From positions 8,681-72,680 of the forward strand of contig JAYENL010000221.1 of assembly GCA_034722055.1 (NCBI GenBank): a stretch of DNA of 64,000 nucleotides. The letters are read 5' to 3'. Source of the DNA: Armatimonadota bacterium. Its GTDB lineage: Bacteria > Armatimonadota > Zipacnadia > Zipacnadales > UBA5352. Made by a program: the position numbers and the translations under genes. This document shows positions 22,008 through 32,700 of this stretch, piece by piece. The notes beneath the pieces are model-generated. The model ran no database searches and was not told where the DNA came from. It worked only from the letters and a program-made list of their open reading frames with translations. Within the stretch, counting starts at the first letter, position 1. Each line of letters begins with the position of its first letter.

Positions 22008-22019
22008 CGGCAGGCCTGC

Positions 22020-23087
22020 CTACGAAACACCTTCGCCCGCGCGCCTGCGGCGCAGGACGGCGCCCAGACCGGCCACGCCGAGGATGACCATGGCGGCGGT
22101 GGCGGGCTCTGGGGTGGCCATCGGGTTGTCGTGGTAGCCGTCGAGAGTGGAGAAGCCCACGGGCCGCAGTTGCAGATACGTCCCCTCCCACCCCCACCGG
22201 TCCAGGTCGTCATTGGCGAAGTCGTAGTAGGTCTGCTCGTGTGTGGAGGGCACCCAGTCGGCGCTGGGCCAGAAGTAGTAGTCGGTGGGGGAACTGTCCC
22301 AGGGCCGCTGGCCGGTGTAGTAGGCGCTCTCGCCGTACAGCGTCGCCGCCTGGTACCATTCTGAGATAGTCATGAAGGGCGCCAGGCTGTTCACCAGAGA
22401 CTCCGTGAGCAGGACGTCGAAGTACTGCTGCTGCTCATCCTCCTTGATCGCGACGCAGGTGGCCTGCTCCGGCGCGCCCAGCAGCGCGTAGAGGCCCGAG
22501 TTGTTCGCCGGCGCGCTGGTATCGAGGTCATGACTGCCGCCGACCCAGCCCCCGGAGTGGCAGGCCGAGGAGATGACCACCACCTCCACACCGGCGTCGA
22601 ACCCGGCGAGTGCATCGGTCAGCTCGTCATCCAGCAGGCCGGTCAGGCCGCCCGTGCCCGGATCCGGCAGCCACTCGTCACCCGCGTAGGGCGCGCTCGC
22701 ACTGGGTGTGGGATCGTTGATCTGCGGCCGCGCCGTGCTGCCCTCGTCCGAGGGATTGTAGAGCCCGTCCGGGTAGTCCCAGCCGCCGTGGTAAGTGTAC
22801 GAGAACACCAACACGTCGCCCGACTGGAGGTTGTCGCCGTACCACAGCAGGTCGTCGTAGACGCTGTCGCGGCCGTCGTTGCGATCCTCGTCCCACAGGG
22901 CGAAGTCGTCGCGCAGCGTACAACGCGATGGGTCCCACTCCGGATAGGGCGCCACCGCGCCCCAGAGGGTGTCGTTATCGTCGAGGAACTCTCCGAAGGA
23001 GACACCGTAGAAGTGGTAGTCCGCGCTGGCGGCCGTACAGGCGGCCAGAGCCAGGCTCACGCGCAGGAACACTACTTCCAGACGCAT
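22020..23087 (-). CDS. PEP-CTERM sorted protein with a caspase/legumain-fold (clan CD-like) domain
   Basis: Signal peptide; 'GDVLVFSYTYHGG' and 'VVVISSACHSGG'; C-terminus 'TPEPATAAMVILGVAGLGAVLRRRR'. Confidence 0.75.
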   Translation of the reverse strand: MRLEVVFLRVSLALAACTAASADYHFYGVSFGEFLDDNDTLWGAVAPYPEWDPSRCTLRDDFALWDEDRNDGRDSVYDDLLWYGDNLQSGDVLVFSYTYHGGWDYPDGLYNPSDEGSTARPQINDPTPSASAPYAGDEWLPDPGTGGLTGLLDDELTDALAGFDAGVEVVVISSACHSGGWVGGSHDLDTSAPANNSGLYALLGAPEQATCVAIKEDEQQQYFDVLLTESLVNSLAPFMTISEWYQAATLYGESAYYTGQRPWDSSPTDYYFWPSADWVPSTHEQTYYDFANDDLDRWGWEGTYLQLRPVGFSTLDGYHDNPMATPEPATAAMVILGVAGLGAVLRRRRAGEGVS

Positions 23088-23221
23088 CGCACGAGCTCCG
23101 ACGTATCGATGATTGCGTTCACGGTCTCATTCCCGGTCCGGGCGCATACACCTCCTCCGCCAATCTGTGCGAGGGCACTTCATCTCGCCCCGCCGAGCGG
23201 TCTCCGCCACCCCTCTGACCT

Positions 23222-24178
23222 TTACCCACAGCCGCTACCGCGCGCGATGATCCCGTTGTCGAACATCCACTTGACGCTGGCGGCCACTGAATCCTCGGCG
23301 GTGTGCTGCGGGTCATAGCCCAGCTCGGTGCAGGCCTTGTCAATGGTGAAGCACATGTGCTCGACGAAGAAGCGCAGGCCGCGGACGTTGAGGCGATCCG
23401 TGTCCCCATACTCCTCCACCAGCTCCTCCGCCGGCACGTGCTCCACCGCCGGCACCACGCCCATGGCCTCCGACAGCAGCTCCACGTAGTAGTTGTGCGT
23501 GATGGCGTAGGGGGAGCTGATGTTGTACTCGCCGGCCTTCTCGGGCTGGTCGAGTGCCAGCACAAAGGCGGCCGCGAGGTCGCGCACGTCCCCGAACTGG
23601 ATCAGCCCCCTGCCGCGCTCGGGGACCCTCACCGGCTCGCCGTCGAGCATCGACTGGAACAGGCGCGGGTCCCGGCTGCCCCAGATGTCCAGCGGCACAT
23701 CGCCCGGACCGATGATCGCCGTGGGGCGCAGGATCGTCAGCGGCAGCTCGTAGCGCTCGCACAGGTCGCGGGCCACCTCATCGGACTCGGCCTTGGCGTT
23801 GAAGCCACCCCACTCATTCGGCGGGGGATCGACCGGCTCGGTCTCATCGGCCGGCACGTGCCGCAGCGGCATGAACACGCCCGTGGAGCCGCACTGCACG
23901 TAGCGATCGACCAGCCCGAAGACGGCGTCGATCACCCGCTGGGCGCGGGCCCCGTTCATGGCGATCATGTGCACGCAGGCGTCGAAGGTGCGACCATCCA
24001 GGGCGTTGACGAGGCTCCGCTCCTCATCGATGTCGGCGGTGAGGCGCTCCACGCTCTCCGGCAGCGCGCACTCGGTGCGACCCCGGTTGACCACCGTGAC
24101 CTCGTCGCCGCGCTCCGCCAGCCGCCGTGTGATCTCCAGCCCCAGGAACCGCGTCCCGCCGATGATCAGCACATTCAT
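23222..24178 (-). CDS. NAD-dependent epimerase/dehydratase family protein
   Basis: 'MNVLIIGGTRFLG', 'VTVVNRG', 'TILRPTAIIGP', 'DVRDLAAAF'. Confidence 0.9.
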   Translation of the reverse strand: MNVLIIGGTRFLGLEITRRLAERGDEVTVVNRGRTECALPESVERLTADIDEERSLVNALDGRTFDACVHMIAMNGARAQRVIDAVFGLVDRYVQCGSTGVFMPLRHVPADETEPVDPPPNEWGGFNAKAESDEVARDLCERYELPLTILRPTAIIGPGDVPLDIWGSRDPRLFQSMLDGEPVRVPERGRGLIQFGDVRDLAAAFVLALDQPEKAGEYNISSPYAITHNYYVELLSEAMGVVPAVEHVPAEELVEEYGDTDRLNVRGLRFFVEHMCFTIDKACTELGYDPQHTAEDSVAASVKWMFDNGIIARGSGCG

Positions 24179-24322
24179 CGGGTTAACCTCCACCGGTCTC
24201 TCTCAGTCTCCGCGTACGCCTTTCGCCGACGCCGGCGCGCTTCCTGCCGACTCCGGGAGGTAGCCGGCACATGGGCTGCGAAATCGCACACTGCACACGT
24301 GCAAGTGCGGCACGGAGGTGTG

Positions 24323-25258
24323 ATGATGCTTTACCGGCGGTTCGGCAGCCTGGGCTGGGAGGTCTCCGCCATCGGCATGGGGACCTGGAACATCGGCAAC
24401 CAGTGGGGGGAGATCGACGACGTGACGGCGTGGGCCACGGTCCGCGAGGCCTTCGACGCGGGCATGAACCTCTTCGACACCGCGGAGTCCTACGGCATCC
24501 CCAACGGCCTCAGCGAGATGCGGCTGGGCGAGGCGCTGGCCGGCATCCGCCATCAGGTCTACATCGTGTCGAAGATCGGGCACTGGGGCGAGCGCACCGG
24601 CCAGGGCGTGCCCCACAGCACGGTGGACATGATCCGCCTGTGCTGCCACGCCTCGCTGCACCGGCTGCGCACGAACTGGGTGGACGTGATGCTCTGCCAC
24701 GTCGGCGACATCGAGGACCCCAGCGTCTTCCTGGAGGCCTTCGAGGTGCTTAAGCAGCGGGGGAAGATCCGCGTCTACGGCATCTCGACCAACGACCTGG
24801 AGGTGCTGAAGCGCTTCAACGCCCACGGCACCTGCGACGTGGTAGAGGTTGACTACTCGCTGCTGAACACCGCGCCGGAGGAGGACTTCCTCCCTTACTG
24901 CGAGGCCAACGGCATCGCGGTGCTGGTGCGCGGGCCGCTGCGCCGGGGCCTGCTCGCCGGCAAGTACGACCTGGAGACGCAGTTCACCGACCAGGTTCGG
25001 CAGGCATTCAACCCCGGCGGCGCCCAGCGCGAGCAGTACGAGGCGGACATCGCGGGCGTTGAGCGGCTCAAGGAGGTCGTTGAGCCCGGCCAGGAGATGG
25101 TCACGGCCGCGCTGCGGTTCGTCATATCGCACCCGGCGAACCCGGTCGCCATTCCCGGCTGCAAGTCGCCGGCGCAGGCGCGGATGAACGCCGAGGCGGC
25201 GGAGAGGCTTCTGACGGACCAGGAGATGACGGCGCTGCGGGAGGCGGTCGGGGGCTGA
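24323..25258 (+). CDS. Aldo/keto reductase
   Basis: GGAGG SD; 'YRRFGSLGWEVSAIGMGTW', 'FDTAESYG', 'GKIRVYGIS', 'RGPLRRGLLAGK'. Confidence 0.92.
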   Translation: MMLYRRFGSLGWEVSAIGMGTWNIGNQWGEIDDVTAWATVREAFDAGMNLFDTAESYGIPNGLSEMRLGEALAGIRHQVYIVSKIGHWGERTGQGVPHSTVDMIRLCCHASLHRLRTNWVDVMLCHVGDIEDPSVFLEAFEVLKQRGKIRVYGISTNDLEVLKRFNAHGTCDVVEVDYSLLNTAPEEDFLPYCEANGIAVLVRGPLRRGLLAGKYDLETQFTDQVRQAFNPGGAQREQYEADIAGVERLKEVVEPGQEMVTAALRFVISHPANPVAIPGCKSPAQARMNAEAAERLLTDQEMTALREAVGG

Positions 25259-25284
25259 GCGAGCGGCATAAAGGGGCGAGCACG

Positions 25285-26511
25285 ATGGGAGCCGACGGAG
25301 CGGGACGGGATGGTGGGGCGGAGGAGCGCTCATCCAGCGAGGGGCAGGAGACGACGGTCGAGGACCTGGCCGCGGAGCGCGTGGAGGCCATCGGGGCGGA
25401 GGCGGCCGAGGGCCTCGATGCACTGTCCCTGGAGGATCGATTGGCGACTGCGGCGAGCCGCCGGGAGGGGAGAGTCGGCTACGCCTGCGTGGGCTGTGGC
25501 AGTATCGCCAACAACTACCACCTCCCCGCCCTGCAGCGCATCCCGGAGGCAGAGTTCGTCGTGGCCTGCGACATCCTCCTGCAGCGCGCCAGGGAGACGG
25601 CGGAGCGCTTCGACGCCCAGCATGCCATCACGCAGTACCAGCAGGCGCTGGAGCGCGAGGATGTGGACCTGGTCTGCGTCTTCACGAAGGTGGACTCCCA
25701 CGCGGAGATCGCCATCGACGCCGCGTGGGCCGGCAAGGACGTCTTCATCCAGAAGCCCTTCGCGCTCAGCGTGGCGGAGGGGCGGCAGATGATACAGGCC
25801 GCACGGGACAACGAGGTGGAGATCATCCCGTCCTTCATGCACCGCTACTTCGACGAGGCCCTCACGGCCGCGGAGCTGGTTCGCGATGGTGCGGTGGGAA
25901 AGCTGCAGTTCATGCGCCAGCGCAACGCCACGCGCAACCCGCCGGAGATAGCCCCGGACTATGGTGGCGCCATGATGGACATCGGCGCACACGGGATCGA
26001 CCTGATCCGGGCGATCACGGGCGAGGAGATTGTGCGGGTGATGGCCCGCCTGGGCGGCGGTGAGGGCCCGCCGGAGGGCGAGGAGGAGGCCCGCGATGAG
26101 CGCGACCTGCGCGGTGGCGAGACCAATGCCTTCATGCTCTACGCGCTGGCCTCCGGGGCCACGGTCGCCCACGAGGTCCAGTGGGCGCAGGCGGCCGGGG
26201 CCTCACGGTTCACCGCCGAGGTCTACGGCACGCACGGCACGCTCCTGCTGCGCGCGCCGCGCATCGATACTGAGCTGGCCTACTTCTCCGCCGCCGGGAT
26301 GCAGGAGCCGCATCGCGCCAGAGTCGAGTGGGAGGTGCCGGAGCTGCCAGGGCGACCGTTCGGCGCTGCGCAGCACGAGGCGGTCATCGACAGCCTGCTG
26401 ACCGACGAGTGGACGGCGCAGACGGCACAGGACGGGCTGGCCGTGCTGCGCGTGTGTGAGGCAGCACGGCAGTCGGCCGTGAGTGGCTGCTGGGAGGACG
26501 TCCTGGAGTGA
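25285..26511 (+). CDS. Gfo/Idh/MocA family oxidoreductase
   Basis: 'VGCGSIA', 'HAEIAIDAAWAGKDVFIQKP', 'GGAMMDIGAHGID'; acidic N-terminal extension. Confidence 0.9.
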   Translation: MGADGAGRDGGAEERSSSEGQETTVEDLAAERVEAIGAEAAEGLDALSLEDRLATAASRREGRVGYACVGCGSIANNYHLPALQRIPEAEFVVACDILLQRARETAERFDAQHAITQYQQALEREDVDLVCVFTKVDSHAEIAIDAAWAGKDVFIQKPFALSVAEGRQMIQAARDNEVEIIPSFMHRYFDEALTAAELVRDGAVGKLQFMRQRNATRNPPEIAPDYGGAMMDIGAHGIDLIRAITGEEIVRVMARLGGGEGPPEGEEEARDERDLRGGETNAFMLYALASGATVAHEVQWAQAAGASRFTAEVYGTHGTLLLRAPRIDTELAYFSAAGMQEPHRARVEWEVPELPGRPFGAAQHEAVIDSLLTDEWTAQTAQDGLAVLRVCEAARQSAVSGCWEDVLE

Positions 26512-26523
26512 AGGAGGACCACC

Positions 26524-27294
26524 ATGCGGGTGTCATTCATCGTCCGATCCGAGGATGACCGCGGGGAGGCGGCGGCCTTCGCGGCCGGGGAAGGCATCGA
26601 CGGCCTGGAGCTGATGTACCACTCGCCCTCGCCCCGGGACTTCGACGACGCGGAGCAGGTGCGCGGGCTGTGCGAGCGCTGGGATGTGCGCATCGCGGCG
26701 GTCGGCGTCTGGCACATGGGCCTGGCTGACCCGACGGAGCGGAGAACGCGGGAGGCGCTGCTGGCCGGGCTGCGCTATGCCGGCGAGGTCGGCGCTGACT
26801 GCTTCTTCACCGGGGCCGGTGAGCCGGAGACCGACGACCCCATCGGCGCGCTGGCCGAGACCTGGCCGCACTGGGAGGAGCTGTGCCTCGCCGAGGCCAT
26901 GGACCTGGCGGTCTATCTGGGCCACCGTGGGAGCTTCCTGGGCACCGATGAGCTGGTGGCCCAGGCGCGCGAGCGCGTGCCGGGCCTGGGGCTGAAGCTT
27001 GATCCCGTGGGCATCATCCGCAACGTGAAGGCCGACCCCTACGACTTCCTCTACCGCCACGGGGAGAGTCTGGCATTCCTCCACGTCAAGGACAAGCTGG
27101 CGCTGGCGGACGGGGAGATCGAGCCCCCACCGGGCCTCGGGGAGCTGCAATGGGGCACGATCTTCGGCATCCTGCACCAGCACGAGTACCACGGCTGGGT
27201 GAGCATCGAGCCGCACGGAGCGTTCTGGAACCGACCCGGGAACCGCTGGCGTTACATCCGCCTCGCCAACCGCCACGTGCGACAGTTCATCTGA
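26524..27294 (+). CDS. Sugar phosphate isomerase/epimerase (xylose isomerase-like TIM barrel)
   Basis: 'LGLKLDP', 'FLHVKD', 'PPGLGELQW', 'YHGWVSIEPH'; AGGAGG SD. Confidence 0.85.
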   Translation: MRVSFIVRSEDDRGEAAAFAAGEGIDGLELMYHSPSPRDFDDAEQVRGLCERWDVRIAAVGVWHMGLADPTERRTREALLAGLRYAGEVGADCFFTGAGEPETDDPIGALAETWPHWEELCLAEAMDLAVYLGHRGSFLGTDELVAQARERVPGLGLKLDPVGIIRNVKADPYDFLYRHGESLAFLHVKDKLALADGEIEPPPGLGELQWGTIFGILHQHEYHGWVSIEPHGAFWNRPGNRWRYIRLANRHVRQFI

Positions 27295-27399
27295 ACGCTG
27301 GAGGGGGCAACTTGCAGTCGCCAGTTGGGGGACGCGTGGGGACGCCGGAATGGCGACCTGCCGGGAACGCAAGCCTGCCCTCCATTACGGACAACGCAA

Positions 27400-27446
27400 G
27401 CCGTTGCCGTTGCTTGCAGCTTGTAGCTTGTGGCTTGCAGCTTAGA
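27400..27446. repeat. GCCGTT x2 followed by five GCTTNNN heptamers
   Basis: GCTTGCA GCTTGTA GCTTGTG GCTTGCA GCTTAGA at 27412-27446. Confidence 0.75.
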
Positions 27447-28830
27447 AGTACCCCATGCCCTCCAGGCGCCTGCGGACCTCCGGGTCCTCGCGCTCGGTCA
27501 GGCCCTCCGTGACCGGATGCGGCAGCACGCGCTCCTGCCACTGGCGCAGGGCCTCGCGCATGTGACGGGTGCGCTCGGGCTCCTCGTCGATGAGGTCGGT
27601 GGTCTCCCCGGGGTCCTCGGCGAGGTGGTAGAGCTCGTTGCGGCCGGTCTGGGAGCTGATCAGCTCCCAGCCATCCTCGATGTACGCGGCCATGTGTCCC
27701 GCGAAGCGGTCGAAGTCGAAGCTGGGGTTCCTCTTGCGGGCGCGCCTGAGGCTCCGCTCGGGCCAGGCGGAGCGCTCCGAGACGGCATGCTGCCGGCCGC
27801 TGCCCGTGGCCGCCTCCCGGAGGTTGATGCGCTGGGTGGCGGTGCCGGGCAGGGCCTCGAGCTGACCCGCCATGGCCGCGAAGGTCTCCGTGAGGTCCGA
27901 GAGCTGCACCAGGGCGTGGGAGCGGTGCCCGGTCGGCAGGATGTGCGGGGCCCGGACGATGAGCGGGACCCGGATCAGGGGCCGGTACATCCCGGCCGGA
28001 CGCCCGTGGCTGATGACGCCCCGGTCGCCGAGCATGTCACCGTGGTCGGCGCAGATGACCACTACCGTATCCTCCCACAGCCCCAGCTTCTCCATGGCCT
28101 CGCGGAGCTGGCCGACCAGGTGATCGTTGTAGGCCAGGGCACCGTCGTAGAGGCTGGAGATGTCCTCCAGGTCCTCCTGGGAGCCGGTGGCGGCCAGCTC
28201 CTGCATCCTCCGCATCCGCGACATGAGATGAAAGCGGCGCGCCAGCGACAGCGGGCGCGTCGCGAACTTCGTGCTGAAGGGCTGCTTGCCCATGTAGGGG
28301 TGGTGGCACTCGTTGTACCACACCACGCCGAACCAGGGCGGAGTCACCCTCGGGAGGTAGCGCAGCAGGCGTCCCGTCATGCCCTGCCCGCCGGTGTCGG
28401 TCAGGCCCAGGCGCAGCGTGACGTACTTGAGCAGGAGCTTGGCGAAGCCCCGAACGTGAATGGACATGTCGAAGTGGTCGAAGCCCCGCTGCAGGCCGGT
28501 GGCCGGACCGAGGAAGGCGTTCGACGAGAACAGGAAGGTCTCGTAGCCCGCCCGGATCATGGCCTCCTGGAGCGTGGGCAGCTCCGGGGGCAGCTCCCGG
28601 TAGGACTCGGAGCGGTGCTCCCGGGGCACCAGGCCGGTCAGCAGCGTGAAGCTGACCGGCAGCGTCCAGGAGGACTCGCTGTAGCACTCCGTGAATAGCG
28701 TGCCCTCCTCGGCGATGCGGTCGATGTTCGGTGTGGTCCGCTTCTCGTAGCCGTAGCAGCCGAATCGGTCCGCTCTCGCTGAGTCCAGGACCACCAGCAG
28801 GATGTTGGGCCTCTCCACGTCGTCGGTCAC
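27442..28830 (-). CDS. Sulfatase-like hydrolase (alkaline phosphatase superfamily), non-canonical active site
   Basis: 'RPNILLVVLDSARAD', 'SSWTLPVSFTLLTG', 'HHPY', 'ADHGD', C-terminal 'RRRLEGMGY'. Confidence 0.85.
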   Translation of the reverse strand: MTDDVERPNILLVVLDSARADRFGCYGYEKRTTPNIDRIAEEGTLFTECYSESSWTLPVSFTLLTGLVPREHRSESYRELPPELPTLQEAMIRAGYETFLFSSNAFLGPATGLQRGFDHFDMSIHVRGFAKLLLKYVTLRLGLTDTGGQGMTGRLLRYLPRVTPPWFGVVWYNECHHPYMGKQPFSTKFATRPLSLARRFHLMSRMRRMQELAATGSQEDLEDISSLYDGALAYNDHLVGQLREAMEKLGLWEDTVVVICADHGDMLGDRGVISHGRPAGMYRPLIRVPLIVRAPHILPTGHRSHALVQLSDLTETFAAMAGQLEALPGTATQRINLREAATGSGRQHAVSERSAWPERSLRRARKRNPSFDFDRFAGHMAAYIEDGWELISSQTGRNELYHLAEDPGETTDLIDEEPERTRHMREALRQWQERVLPHPVTEGLTEREDPEVRRRLEGMGYF

Positions 28831-28860
28831 CTGCAGCTCTCTGGTATGGGAATGCGGCGG

Positions 28861-29610
28861 CTACCTCGCCAGTCCCAGGGTCTTCTGGGCGTGCTCGATG
28901 CCCGTCCGGATCATCCCCAGCTCCGAGCCGGCGTGGATGAGCGTGAAGCCCTGCTCGGCGCGGCGCATGGCGTCCTCGGGGCTGCCGCAGGGCATGCCGG
29001 CGGGCTTGCCCGCGGCTGTGGCCCGCTCCAGGATGTGCGCCAGCGCCTCCTCGTGCTCCTCGGAGCCGCGCTCGCAGCCCAGAGACAGCGACAGGTCGCT
29101 GGGGCCGATGAAGATGCAGTCCACGCCATCCACCTGCGCGATCTCGTCCACGTTGCCCATGGCGCGGCGCGTCTCGATCATCACCGCCACCAGCGTGTTG
29201 TCATTGGCGGCCTCACGGTAGTCATCGCCCAGGAAGGCCAGCCGCGCCCCGCCGCTGGAGCGCCCGCCGCGCGGAGGATACTTGGCGGCGTAGACGACCG
29301 CCTCCGCCTCCTCCCCGGAGCTGACCATGGGCACGATGAGGCCCAGCGCGCCGCGGTCAAGCGCCCGGCCGATGCGGAAGAACTCGTTCATGCCCACCCG
29401 CACTATCGGCGTCACCCCCGTGGGGCCGATCACCTGGATGCTCTGCATCATGCTCTGGCGATGGAAGGAGCCGTGCTGCTCGTCGATCCAGATCCAGTCC
29501 ACGCCACTGTTGGCGAGGTACTCCGCGACGATGGGGTCGTCCATGACCATGGAGAGGCCGAAGGTGGGCTGCCCTGCTCGAAGCTTCTCCAGCGCCCGGT
29601 TCTTCACCAT
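28861..29610 (-). CDS. HpcH/HpaI aldolase family protein
   Basis: 'DWIWIDEQHG', 'ALDRGALGLIVPMV', 'KYPPRGGRS', 'VMIET', 'FIGPSDLSLSLG'. Confidence 0.92.
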   Translation of the reverse strand: MVKNRALEKLRAGQPTFGLSMVMDDPIVAEYLANSGVDWIWIDEQHGSFHRQSMMQSIQVIGPTGVTPIVRVGMNEFFRIGRALDRGALGLIVPMVSSGEEAEAVVYAAKYPPRGGRSSGGARLAFLGDDYREAANDNTLVAVMIETRRAMGNVDEIAQVDGVDCIFIGPSDLSLSLGCERGSEEHEEALAHILERATAAGKPAGMPCGSPEDAMRRAEQGFTLIHAGSELGMIRTGIEHAQKTLGLAR

Positions 29611-29766
29611 CTGCTGCCGCACATCCCGTTCGTGTCAGCGTTGGCACTGCACCTATGCTACTTCGCAGCGCGCCGGACCGGCACCTGCCACCGGCGGCGA
29701 GGGAAGATGCGTCCTGCGGCGAAGGGTACAGCGGACATGCACCGATGGACGCAGTGGGGAATCGCC

Positions 29767-32700
29767 ATGTTTCGCAACTGGACGCCGATCGCGATGGTGT
29801 GCACGATGGTCGCGCTGGGAGGGGTGTGCATGGGCGAGACGGTGCGGACCGCCGACCTGGCCCTGACGGTGGGTGACGCGGGTGAGGTAACTGCGCTGGA
29901 GGTCTCCGGCACGATGGTGGCCGGAGAGGCCTGCCCTCTGGCGGAGCTGGCTGACCTGACGCGGGGGGCGGAGTTCGTTGCCGGCACGCCGACGGGCGGG
30001 GATCTGCGCACGGGCCTGACGCTGGCCTTCGAGGGCCTGCAGGCCACCGCCACCATCGTGGTGCAGCCGCGAGGCCGCGCGCTGCACGCCACCTGCCACC
30101 TGCAGGGCCAGGAGGACCTGCCGGCACGGGGAGTGCTGCTGCGCATCAACATGCCGGTCGATGCCATTGGCTGGCAGTGGCACGACGACATGCAGACGAG
30201 CCGGGAGATCGGCCCCGGCGAGGTCTACGAGAACGTGACGGCGCTGCGGGAGTGGCCTGACCTGCCGGAGTGGGCGGACGAGCCCTCTCTGCGGATGGGG
30301 GCCGCCAACCGCAACTTCTGCACCGCCATCACCGGGCCCGTGGGCCTGTGCCTGGCCTCGCCGCTGAACCGGCCGTGTATCTTCCGCACCGCCTACGACG
30401 CCGAGACCGGTCGGCTGCAGCTCGTTTACGACCTGGCGCTGTCACCGGACATGCGGGAGCCGAACCAGTGGACCTTCGAGTTCGACCTCTACGCCTCCGA
30501 CCCCGAGTGGGGCTTCCGAAGCGCGCTGGCGGGCTACTACGAGCTGTACCCCGAGTTCTTCGAGGTGCACGTGGAGGAGCCGGGGATGTGGATGGCCTTC
30601 TCGCCGCTGTCGCAGATCGACAACGTCAACGAGTTCCGCTTCGGATTCCAGGAGGGCGCCCGCGAGGTGGCCTACGACGACCGGATCGGCGTCCTGGACG
30701 CCCCCTACCTCACGCACGCCGGGGAGTTCGCGAACATTCCGGATCATGATCCCGAGGAGGACCCCCTGCCGCCCCACGAGCGCCTGGTGGAGGTGATGAC
30801 GGAGGACTTTCGGCGTCGGACCGGCTCCGAGGAGATGTACCCGGCTGTGGGGCTGCACGACGCGGAGGGGAAGCTGGACATCCGCCAGACGCGCGTCTAC
30901 GGCCACATCATCGCCCAGTTCAATCTCGACCCCGAGCTGCCCCTCGGGCAGTGGCTGCTGGATCAGGCCGACAAGCGGACCGACAGCGTTCTTGAGTCCA
31001 GCGGCGGTCGGCTCGATGGCTTCTACTACGACGGCCTCACGCACGGGCTCAACTACCGCACAGAGCACTTCCAGTACTCCGAGGCGCCGCCCATGTGGGA
31101 CCCGGTGGCCGAGAAGCCGGTGCTCAACAACTTCTTCTCCTCCTGCGAGTGGGCGAGGGCGGCGGCCGAGCACTTCCACGACCAGGACCAGATCACCATG
31201 ATGAACGGGGCCTTCGGCGCCAGCTTCTACGTGGCCCCGTGGCTGGACCTGTTTGGGGGCGAGACCGGCCTGCGCATCTCCCGCGAGAACATGAACTACG
31301 CCCGGACGATCACCTGGCACAAGCCCATGCTCACGCTGCTGAAGGGCAACTACGAGCAGGTGCGCGACCACCAGCAGATCGAGCTGTTCCACAAGCGGGC
31401 GCTGGCCTACGGGATCTTCCCGGGCTTCTTCGACTGGTCGCCCAGCGGCCTGGGGCCGGGCGGGCGCTACTGGGACCACCCGGAGTACTACGAGCGCGAC
31501 CGCGACATCTTCCGCAAGTACCAGCCCCTGGTGCAGACGCTGGCCACGGCGGGATGGGAGCCGGTGACGCACGCCCGCTCGTCGTATGACGGCGTGTTCG
31601 TGGAGCGCTTCGGGCCGGCTGAGGACGGGATCGTGTGGCTGACGCTGCTGAACGAGGACGCCTCGCCGCACGAGACCACGCTGACCATCGACGCCCAGGC
31701 ACTGGGGCTGGACGCCGGGGCGATCCGCTGCGCGGATGTGCTGACGGGCCGCGCCATCGAGCTGCAGGGGCGGGGGGCGGCGCTGTCGGCGGACGTGAGC
31801 GTGGAGGCGGGTGGGGTCATGATGCTGCAGCTCGCCACGCCCCGGCAGGCGGCGCTGTGGCGGCTGAGCCAATGCGCGGACACGGTCGAGCGCGGCATCA
31901 CCATGCGGGAGATCGACGCCGACAAGCCGCCGGTGGCCTTCGCCTGGCATCCGACCGACGGCGGCTACGAGCGGGAGCGCGCGGGTGAGGGCTGGACGCT
32001 GGTCTTCGATGGCACTGACGCCGGCACGCGGCGGGCGTGGCAGTGGGCGATGCTCTTCCAGCCCCGGGCGGCGCCGGTGACGCTGCGCGTGCGGGCCTCG
32101 GCGGACGGTCTGCAGGGCGAGGGCAAGGCCGGCGTGTACATCCGCCACGCCTGGGTCAGCCCCAGCTTCAGCCACTACGAGACGGAGTACCTGGAGCTGC
32201 CCAAGGGCACCTACGACGCGCGCGAGTTCGAGCATACCATCGAGATCGAGCAGCCACTACGAGCGATCTACCTGCGACCAGAGGTGGAGGGGGGCGTCGA
32301 GGGCACGCTGCGCATCGAGTCCATCACCCTCGAGGACGAGTTTGCGGACGACTACGTGGAGAACGGCGACTTCTCGCGCTGGTATGAGCCGATCCCGGAC
32401 GAGATGCAGGGGCGGCTGGCGGCGGGAAGCGGGCAGGTCGCGGCGGCGATTGAGTCCGCCCGGGAGGCCATCGGCGACGGGCTCGCCAGCGAGGCATCAC
32501 AGGAGGCGCTGCTGGAGCTGGGAGCGCTGACGACGCGGCTGCGCGAGTGGATTCACGCGGAGGAGGCCAAGGACGGCTGCCGTCGCGCGCTGCGGGACAT
32601 GGAGACCGTGGAGCAGCACCTGGGCGCGATGCTGCTGGCCTCCCTGGGGATGCCCGGGCCGCGGCTTCGCGCGCCCGCGATGGCGGCCGTGGGCGATGAG

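Noticed and set aside
28846..29766. Apparent N-terminal extension of the 1763-aa ORF (same for 23303-24322, 43204-44628 and 42667-43416)
   Set aside because: These stretches overlap real genes on the opposite strand; plausible starts with SD or signal peptide lie downstream, so they are not fusions.
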